Below are positions 54,083 to 64,000 of a stretch of 64,000 bases of DNA, in pieces. Location of the stretch: positions 812,623 through 876,622 of the forward strand of contig MU006092.1 in the NCBI GenBank assembly GCA_010093705.1. The letters are read 5' to 3'. Every line of letters starts with the position of its first letter. Positions within the stretch are counted from its first letter, which is position 1. The position numbers and the translations under genes are program-made. Under the pieces are notes generated by a model. It was not told the origin of the DNA and did no database searches. It saw only the letters and a list, made by a program, of their open reading frames with translations. The DNA comes from Patellaria atrata CBS 101060 (lineage: Eukaryota).

Positions 54083-57000
54083 ATGTCTGATGATATTGAG
54101 GGTACAATGCTAACTCGTGGTCTTTTGCAGTTCAGCCCCCAGAGCATATCCAATACTGCTCTTCAACAACAGACGGCTGAAACGCCGCGAGTAAATGGCA
54201 CTAAGGGACAGTCATGGTCCACACCTGCCGATACAAGTTCCTTCTCCGAAGATTCCTCTACTTCTCAGATTCCATTCTCACGTGGTAGCGGTCACGATAA
54301 TTTAAAGGCCACTCAAAACAAAGGGCCTCATGCTTTATCAAGAAGTATAAGTGTCAGTTCTCCTCCTCGGAAAAAGCCGCGCTTAGAGGAGTCTGTTGTT
54401 ACCATAAAGAGCCGATCTGGTTCTTCCCCAGTCACGAACGATGGGCACCTGCCGCCGACCAGACACGCCCAGACTGAACGTTGGAAGAGGCGGAGTTCCA
54501 ACCTAGTTGTACCCAGTCGTCACAAATCACTCAAGGATCATAAATTCAAGTCCTTTACCGGTCCTTACGGTTCCAAGGATCTATTACGGCGTTCTACCCT
54601 TCACCTAACAGCTTCGTCGAGTTTGGACACGATAGGCTCCAGTTCAGCTCCATTTCAAGTTTCTCCGAAAGGGGCTAACCTTGTCAGTACTGCCAAACCC
54701 GCTAGGACTAGTTCCCCAGGGAGACGCACTGATGTCGATATCGATATGTCTAAAGTACCCAAAGGTCCAAGAAATAGAGATCAACGTAGAACTTCGTACA
54801 GTCCGGTTCCGGAGGTAGTCAAACGCTCCCCTCATATATTCATCTCTGGATGTTACCTTCCAGTTCAAAAGAGTACTATTCCTCATCTCGCCAAAAAATT
54901 AAAGGTTGAAGGCTGCTCCGAAATATGGATCGATGATACGGGATATTTTATTGAATTCGGTAGATGGGAAAATAGTCGTAAACTGATCAGTGATCTATAT
55001 GAGTTATACAATAACGACCTGCTCTTTGGCGAATACCAACTTAGGCTCGAATGCTTTCCAGATGGAATTTCGAAAGAAAAAGATTCTTCCGTTACTTCCT
55101 CATTCACGAGTCGAGATCGCACAAGCAGTAGCTTCGTTTCAACATCAACCGACGTGACTACCTTGACCTCCGATTCAATTGACAGTCCATCTATAGACAG
55201 TAAACTTTCCTCTCCTCGTCTTGCTAATCGCTTTAAGCGTATTTCAATATCATTCGAGCATGGAAATAAACAAACCCCTGTGAAACCACCTCGTCACGAC
55301 CTTGAATACACTCCAAATGGAGGACAGCTTCCTATCAGCTCATCCGTTAGTAAAGAAATCAAACAATTAACACCGTGGCGGGATCCAGTTAAAGCTCTCT
55401 CGGGTTCTTTTCCACTATATACTTCCGAAGAGTGTAAGGAAGGAGCCGGTGATTACTTTCATCCTACGAAAAGACGTTGCAGAGGATGCAGGAAATGGTT
55501 CTATAGTGCATACCAAAATGAGAACAATTCCTGGAAATGCGAACGATGCTCAAAGCCGACTGAATTTAGGAATAGCACGACTATCTGGGATTCCACGCGT
55601 TTCAGATCAAGCGATTTTCTCTCACCGCAGCAGCAAAAAGAACCCAACGCTGAGGGACGACCCCAAACGGCGAATGCAACAAAGGAAGCAGAGTCTTCTC
55701 CAGACGCACTGTGCTCTCTTTCAGCAATCAAGACCAGCTTAGACTACGTCAGCAGCAAGATCGCCAGCGATAGAAGTACAACCCACGTGAGACTAACATC
55801 AAATGACAGTCTGAAAGCAGACCTAAAGGCAGCGAATCCATTTCCGGAGTCTGTGAAAGAACGTGGCGAGATATCACCAAACCCCGTGATAATAGTTGTA
55901 GAACCCGTTGCGCGGCCCTTAACAAACAGGGTCCCAACACCAATGAATAATGGACTGGCAAACGAACCGCCCAAGCATGCTGAGGGTGAGAGGGGGCAAA
56001 ATAAGGAGACCAAATCTGCGTATACAGCATGTATCCAATGTGACAAAAGCATACTTCGAGCATTGACAGCTAAGGGTATGACATGGTAATTTTCCCGACA
56101 GCCCCTCCCATTTTGTGTCATGCTAAAGGACTCCTAGTGCAAGTTGCAGAGTTCAATCAAGACCGCTCTCGATAGCGACTACTGCTGACTCTGCAACCGA
56201 CTTTAGTTCAATTTCTGACGCGCATGCGAATCATGTGACAGATCACGCGGACGTGACGAAATCGATGGTCACATCGTCTTTTTCAAATTCAAACATTCAA
56301 CCCTCGCGTATACAGCCTTCTAAAAATGTTGATATCCAGCCAAGTGCTACTAGAGCATCCGTGAATCCCATCCTTACGGAAGCTCCAGCTAGTCTAGACT
56401 CCCTCGTTCGAGAACATAAACTTGATTCTAGCTGCGACGATACTAGTAGTTCATTGACATCTTTGCCGGATGATATTAATGAGACGGAAGTAGAAATGGA
56501 CATGGATCCGCCCCACGCCATCCAACCTTCTACTCCAACCTTAGTTATGGGGTTTCGGAATAGCAAAGCACGCAAGAAAGGCACCTCGGTCCAAGAAAGT
56601 AGTGTCGCCACAGATAGTCCCGCGTTCACATCAACAGGCAGCATCGCAAACTCTACGGCCCGCCAGAGGCTAACATATGTTGATATAGTTGCACTTGCAA
56701 TCCTGAATGCACCCGACCACCGTTGCACAAGACTCGAGATATTGGATTGGACAAAGGCCAATTTGCCCGAACATGGGAACAATGCAGGATTCGTTAAAGG
56801 CTTAGCTCCCACGGTTTCTAGCAAGAAACACCAGAATTTTAAGAAGATAGATGGGGTAACGGATCCTTCTGGTCTTACATATTATACTATTGATAAGAAG
56901 CCCATTGGTCCACTCATGGAGAAAGCTGCAGAATGGGGCATCAATCTTTCTACCACTTCTGGCTCCTCCAACTTGTTGTCAAAGTCGGGCATATCAGAAA

Positions 57001-58728
57001 GTTTTATAGATAAATCGCAAACAGAGGCATCAAAAGTACACTCCTCGAACCTATCGATAGGAGATACCACAGCTATAGATGCAAGTCATGCTGAAATTAC
57101 TCACGAATCTATATTCAAGGCCACAATGTCGAATAAGCCCTCGAGTCACGATCCTAATAAGGTGCCTGAGCCTTTCCGGTGGACCCACCGCAACGGTAGA
57201 TATGGTATTTTTCCGACGATACCTGGCGAAGGGCGGTGGCAAAAACTGAAGAAATTAAGCGCCGTCAAATTACGCTCCACTGAAGAATTATGTCCTCAAG
57301 CCAGAGGTTTATTTATAGACGTAGACGATTATATTTTTCTGAATATGCCAGAAAATCCGTACAAAGGTAGGAAACCCTACGACTTACGAAGGCGGACGGT
57401 TGCTTTGATCAAAGAAATCAGGCAGTTTGAGGATGGTCACTTCCTATTATCGGTCAGATGGTATTTATCTCGGGATTATATAAGAACGCTTTCGTACGAA
57501 AACAAGGACAATCTCTCTCTAAGCAATTACTACATTGCGACGGACATCCTCGGTGTTGTATCGGACCGCCTAGTTCAGGGGAGCTGCGGGTCAACAGACT
57601 GGAAAAAGATATGCGATGAGAGAATTCTAATAAATCACAAGAGGAAATTCTCCCTCCATAACCTAGATGATGACTATCCAAGGGCCCCCTCTTCTTGGAG
57701 CCGATTCGAAACGGATGCTGAGGAAGAGGAATCGTTATCCACTGACGAGGATGAAATTGACAACACTTGGAGAAGTTCACAATCATCTACCTGCGAGAAG
57801 ATACTCGAAAAGGTAGTGAAGCCGAAATATCGCAAGCAGCACGAAGCAGCTAGCAACATCGTGCCTGAGACATCAGCGAAACCTATGTTCGTTAATGCTC
57901 TAGTTTCTACTGATATACATGATCAAACCGTCCGCCCAGAGAATGAGACCAGGCAACTAGAAGACGCAGATATGGATCTTCGGGACCAGAGTATATCAGA
58001 GCTCGACTTTAGTCAGATTCTAGCGACATCCACTCCGCTTCCCCGAAAAGCTTTGTTAGACAATAGCTTGGAACTGTCGTCGTCAAAAAAGAGGAAATTA
58101 TCTTCTTTGGAACGGAGTTTTTCACTGGAAGAACCTACCTTGATGACCGATTATTCGATTATTCGGCCACTCATCTCTCGTACACCGCGACAGAATGCGG
58201 ATGGACTGTTAGCCTCAATACAAGCCTCTAAATCTCACGTTGAGCGCCTTTCCGAAACTTGTCTAGACTTTCGAACAAATGAAACCCCCTTTGACAATAC
58301 TGCCAAGATCGAAGAAATCCGAAAGCGGCCGACGCGGAAGCAGGCTTTTCGAGTCCATCTGATATCGCACAATCGAAAGGGATTCAGAAACATCCATATG
58401 GAGGTCCATAAGCCGGCGCGGAAATTGAATATTGTAGAGCCGGCCATCTCTGGTTCCACGAGGAATACCGATCCGGATGGCACTTTTGGAACGAATTTCG
58501 ATATGGATGCCCCGAGGTATTACGCGAGTGTTACTGAGATGTTGGGCATTCCGGAAAAGGCGGTCCCGATGGTGACGAGTGAGAAGAAGCTTGCAATGCG
58601 GACAGACGCTCCGGTAGGTGGAATCTTATTGAGAAATATGAATATGATGAACCAATACTAATAATATGTAGGGTAACGGTCGGTCGTCTAGAGCTAAAGC
58701 GGTGTTTAATGTGCTTCCTCGGGTTTGA
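54083..58728 (+). CDS. Large putative chromatin protein (SET_assoc-like, Zn-finger, forkhead-like, BAH-like); N-terminus uncertain
   Basis: ORFs 54083-56089 and 56235-58661 join in frame via intron 56086-56137; last intron 58614-58671; stop at 58728. Confidence 0.8.
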
Positions 58729-60211
58729 AAATAGGCGTAATGTGCATCTATCATAGGGTATTTCTAAAATGCATACGGCTGGAGGGCAGGTAACTCATAA
58801 TTGCTATTACTTCGGTCATTACTCACGCTATGTCAAGCGGTTGGGTCATTGTTATTCTCAAAAGCATCTCGGTAGCAATTGCATTTTCTCTGTGGTTAGG
58901 AGACTCTTTCATTATTGGTATCCAGCATTTTGTATTTGAACGGAGAATTAGGCATTATTATAAGTATAATGATATCATTGATTAAGTGTGTATCTAAACT
59001 ACCTCAACTAAATACCGCATTGATCTCAGTATGTCTCCTGTTTTCTTGGTTGGCACTTCCTCAACTTGTACTCTGTATATAGTTAGGTCCAGCTAGAACT
59101 GTTGTTTAGACACTATGTCAGAGGTTAGATACCTTCGGGTATGTGTATAGATATATGCTATCATGTACACTCCGGTTGCTCTTTATAGTCTAGTCGTTAT
59201 ATCAGTCATTTCGTACAGTCAGCTTATGTCATACAGTCTATTCGTTATAGAAGTACCGTACATTGTACACTTCATAACTTCTTATAGCCCATCCATATAT
59301 CTTCTTTATTCAACACAACTCTTCCATACAGCCCCTTAACTTCCGTATAGCCCATCTCCTTTAAGCACTCCATCGTCTGCAGAGTTGGACTATTCCCCCC
59401 CGGTAGAATCGACCTCGACTGTATGTCTCACATTTGGGACACTCCAGCCACCATCCACCTTTTAGCTCTAAACTTATATACACAGACTCTCCGTTTCCTT
59501 AAATAAATTCATATCTCCGAGCGCACAGTTCGCGTTCAAACCTACCTATCAGCAACAAATTCCCCACTCGTCCAGCAAAAGCCAAAAACATACTGTTAAC
59601 AGAAAACGGAGCCTCGTTCGATGGAAGAACCTGGTTTCTAGACTCATAGCTAGAAGGGATGTTAGCTGTGTTACAAGGGGGTATGAGAGAAATCAGGAGA
59701 TCGAAAACTGTGCTTCGGATAGAATTGGTAATGAAACACCGGGTGGCGGTAAGACACCTAAGGGAGGGCAATCGGGCATACGAGGGGCTTTCGGGTTTCT
59801 TCTGAGGACTGATGAGTCCATTTGGGTTATTTCGAATTTTGCGCTAATAGCGATTGCTTGGGCTTGAAGAGAAGGAGTTCTTGGATGCTTTGGGTAGGAT
59901 GCTGGGTTTGTTTATTGTGGTATTCCTCGCTGGATTGTAAGCTCACTTGATTTTGCTGTGTTTTGAATAGGAGGATGTGCGATTGTGGTATCGTTGTAAA
60001 GGTGACTGAACAACCGTCTGACATATGTGCGGTGAGACCGCAACGGTCGAGAAAATGCCAGCATGATAGGAGAAATGATACACACCTATCAGTACAATCA
60101 TCTTCTCGAAACACTAGTTCCCACACATAAACCAGATCCCATCATTAAAGTCATGAATCAAAATGTCTTACCATAAAAGTCTATATACAATAACCATCCC
60201 AGGGGACCGAA

Positions 60212-61884
60212 TCATCTCGCGATCCCGGGTCTCTCACTCGGCCGTCTTCCACTCGGCCTCGTCACATACTCCGCATCATGCGCCCCCATCCCCGGCGCGT
60301 GCATCTCCCCCTCATACGGATTCATCTGCCCATATCCCTGAGCCTGCTGCGAATACGCCGTCGGCAACTCATACGCCTGCCCCTGTCTGGGTGCCTCCAT
60401 CTCCGCAGCATTCCCGTAATTCGGACCCTGGTTCCGCCTCGACGGGGCTACAGCCGCAAAATCCCGCTGTTGTTGAGGTCGGGTTGGGGTATTCCAGACC
60501 GGGATAGCGTTTATGGTGGACGGCGTGGTGGGTACGGGAGTACCGGAGAGCTCGGAGACGCGCTTTTCGTCGACTTGGGGGAGGCTGGGTTGGAGTCGTG
60601 GGCTGGGGGGTGGAGAGTCATTGTTGCGACGGCGGCGGCGGAGGAAGAGCAGTATGGCGACTATAACCGCTATGGCGACAACGCCACCTACAACACCTCC
60701 TGCGATTGCACCGGTATTTGGCCCGTCAGAGCCACCTGATGATGAGTCTGGAGTGGGCCCAGGACGGACTATAATAACAGTGGTAGCTTGTCCAGCGGAG
60801 TTTGTGGACACCTGTGTGATAAGAGTAGATTTCGCTTCCACTCCGTTCGGAAGTGTTGATTCTGGGTAGTAAGAAGTTAGAATAAAAGGGCCGGAAGTGT
60901 TTGTGATGTCTCCAGCAAAAACATCATCTGAACTTGAAGAATCAGCCGTAGGGGAAGAATCCCCGTCATTAGATGGAGATGGTCCACCTGCAAACGTGGT
61001 TCTCGGGCTTGTGGTCACGGTAGGATTAGGACTCGGAGGATCATCTGAATTAAGATTAGGGCTAGGACTTGAACTTGGTCGGATATTAGAACTTGGCACA
61101 GCATTTGGCACTGTAACTGGTTCTAGTTCCCTTGACGTACTTGTAGGATCATCACCATCTTCGCTGGTCGGGCTAGGAGTTGAAGCCCTACTAGGGGAGG
61201 AGACTACTGGGGCAGGCTCTGTAGTCGTTGTTGGATCAGGAGGTTGAGAATCTGATATTACTGGAGTTGGACTGGGTCCAGAATCTGATATCACCGGACT
61301 GGTATCTGAAGGTTCTCGCACGGGATCCGTAGGTTCTGGGTCGGAGGCCGGACTGCCTAAAGAACTAATAGACGCGAATATCGCGCCGTCTGGTAGATCA
61401 AAAAGATCCGCGTCACTGTCTTCGCAGCACTTTGAACATCAGCTATACACACAATAGGTAGAATGGTAATAACACGCTTACATTTCCAGATCTATTCCCA
61501 TTACAACAGTAACTCCCATCCGCACACTGCATGATAGCTTCAGCTCCAGCATCAGTCCCATTTGTGCTCGTCGTACCTAAGTTCGGTTAGTTCTTAACAG
61601 GTAAAAATCTCTGCAATATGCCTACTCTCTGTACAGAAGTTTGGACAGCCGGAAGCGCTCCAAGAAGAATCCGTACATGTGTATCGTGAAATATAATCTG
61701 CATTCCCTAGGTAACAGAGTCCGTTATCCATGCATTCCCAGTTCAATGGACAACACATAGAGCCGTCGCTACTACTGCAAGGCCCGTCGGTTGTGGATAG
61801 ATCGCCATTGGGATAGTAACAGGACTGGGCAAGTGCTAACACAGGAAATAATGTAAGACTTTTGAGGTAGATTATGGGCTTCAT
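60212..61884 (-). CDS. Single-pass cell-surface protein: Cys-rich N-domain, S/T/P stalk, TM, cytosolic tail (Mid2-like)
   Basis: Signal peptide, CYYPNG...CC...C..NGLC...CTD..W...CP..C, GAIAGGVVGG TM followed by RRRRR; 2 introns. Confidence 0.88.
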
Positions 61885-63308
61885 GGTGAAATTTTCGAAT
61901 TATAATTATGGAATTAGGGAATATAAAAGACAATCATATCATAGACGACAGTTAAGAGGAAGAAAAGGACAAGTTGAGTAACAAGGCTGAGAAAAGGTAG
62001 AGTAAAAGGCTGGAGAGCTTGAGCTCTCCCACCTACTGTACTTGTATAGAAGTTGAGCTCTATGAGGCTCATGATCATTGGCATGGTTTGGTGGATCTGG
62101 AGGAGTCAGTCTCAGTGGGAGGCAAAAATAATTCTCTTACACAAAGTGGCTGTATTGAAGGTTTACTATTCGAAAGAATCGAAACAAATTCGGAAGTTTT
62201 GCAGCTCCTGTTAGGAAGCGTTTGGGGCCAGAAGCGGATGGAACCAATAGGTCAATATGTGGCTTTGTGCCAAGTTAGCCCCACGCGAAGTTCTGAACAG
62301 GAAGATGTGAGATAGATTTGGGACTGGAAAGATAAACATGTTCCCCAAGCCGAAATGCAAGTTACTGTTTTACTCTGAACTGTGGTATCACAACAAACTT
62401 TGCTCCCAGGTGATCCGATAGTCATAAAAGATATAGAATTGCAGGAGCCTAGAAAGAGATAAAAGGAAGACTGGTGCGTCCCACGGGTCCACGACTGTAC
62501 TCCGTACTCGTCGTACGGAGGTATAGTACAGCAGAGTACCAGTATGGCAGTGACGAACAAATAATAAGCGAATAGGAGCCCTTGGAACATATATTCTGTC
62601 AAGCACAAAGTATTTTGTATCTTCTGGTTTATCCGTACCGCACGGAACAAAGAGCTTGAACAGGGTTAGTATGCAATGATATGCTTGTGAGGGTGTGGTG
62701 GTGTGGGAGGATTTGCAGATTTGCAGCATTCAGCTCATTTGGATCGAGCCATTTTTGCTCCGCGCAGAGTGCTCCCCCATTTCACTGAACTGGATCCTGC
62801 AACGTCATTCGAAGGAAGGGTCAATGCTCGTTCCAGAAGGTCACGATGGCAGATGATAGACGATAGATAGAATGGATTGAAGTAAAGGCGCAAGAAGCGC
62901 GATGTAATTCATGAAATGATAAAAGGTTTGGAGAGATTTCCTAAAGAAACACTCGGGTCTTCTGGTGGTCTGTTCGAATAGGCAATCCGATGCAGTTAGC
63001 TTTTGATCACGTGACTTCAAGCGAATCATTCACCCAACTGCTCGTACTTTCCGTTGCTTTCCATCTTTCGGGAGGCTTGGCACTATCGGCTTATTTGGTC
63101 AAGGTCTTTGAGCCGATCAATCACCGACCTACACAAAGCCTTCAAACGTTCACCTGCATCAACTTCTTCCTTTGACACTCACATGCCAGCACAAGTACCC
63201 CATACCCCACAAGTCGATCCTGCATATTGATTCTACTATTTAGCTTCACGTTTCCCCAGTCCGTAGACTCTTGTCCGCACCAAAATCTTTCTCTTCAATC
63301 ACTCCACC

Positions 63309-63838
63309 ATGGCCTCATCACCAACGACAGTCTCTCAAAGCGCAGCAGCACCGTCAAGAACAATGCTCGCAACTCAAGCAGGTCCCTCAAGGACAACTAC
63401 AGCCACCTCTACTACGTTACGTCTGCGTGCTGAGAGGACGAACCAGCGACATATTTCATGGGCCGATGACGTAGTCGACAACGAAGGGATGGGCAAGAAG
63501 TCATCCAAAGGTAAGAATTACAAAGTGATATCCCTTTCCAATAGTTCAAGGTTAACATTTCTTCAGTATGCTGCATCTACCACAAACCTCACTCCGTAGA
63601 GGAGTCCTCTGATGACTCGTCCGACTCCTCTTCTTCCGATAGCGGTTCGGATAGCGAACCCGACAATAGTACCGCTCGTCCAGCTGGAGGCTCTAGAAAT
63701 GGACGGCATATTCACTCACACAGTCATGGCCATGGCGGTCATGGGACTGGCAAGGCACGAAGACCAAGTCCGAACGCCTACGAGAGGGTTCCGAAATACA
63801 ACACCACAAAGACCTCAAAACCGAGTCCCTCGACTTAA
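63309..63838 (+). CDS. YPI1: Protein phosphatase 1 regulator Ypi1 (inhibitor-3)
   Basis: [28 protein letters not shown] (intron 63511-63566) and [11 protein letters not shown]. Confidence 0.95.
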
Positions 63839-64000
63839 GAGCATCAATTGGCGTTTATGCTTGGGCACTGTAGCATTTTATCAATTTGTACTAGATTGCG
63901 TGAATGGGCGTTACATTGCATTAGGCAATAGAATTATGACGGCGAAGTGTACAGTAGCGGACCATTGCTGTCCCCATGAATCACGAGTTATGATTTCCAG

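Overview
Gene-dense, intron-containing eukaryotic DNA from a filamentous ascomycete (Pezizomycotina-type GT-AG introns with CTRAC/CTAAY branch points). It has one 100-N assembly gap. Recognisable genes: CIA1, a Cys-rich GPI protein, a mitochondrial carrier, an MHYT-domain sensor, SPF45/DRT111, PCS60, a YciI protein, a SWIM-RING protein, an acyl-CoA thioesterase, RSP5/HulA, NAT2/DUF1279, an EamA transporter, PNGase A, CEX1/SCYL1, a Mid2-like receptor and YPI1. Two adjacent genes look like pseudogenes (2OG-Fe(II) oxygenase and tyrosine phosphatase). The two strongest signals are non-coding. (1) A ~2 kb interval at ~7.45-9.42 kb without a credible gene shows the telomerase RNA architecture in the expected order: template, pseudoknot, CR4/5 three-way junction, Sm site, 5' splice site. 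(2) A ~170 nt Pol III-type unit at ~29.9-30.09 kb joins a degenerate tRNA-Arg(ACG) head to a hairpin carrying an SRP-RNA helix-8-like motif. A large orphan protein also appears to combine SET_assoc, Zn-finger, forkhead-like and BAH-like domains. All calls were made by eye and no database searches were run.
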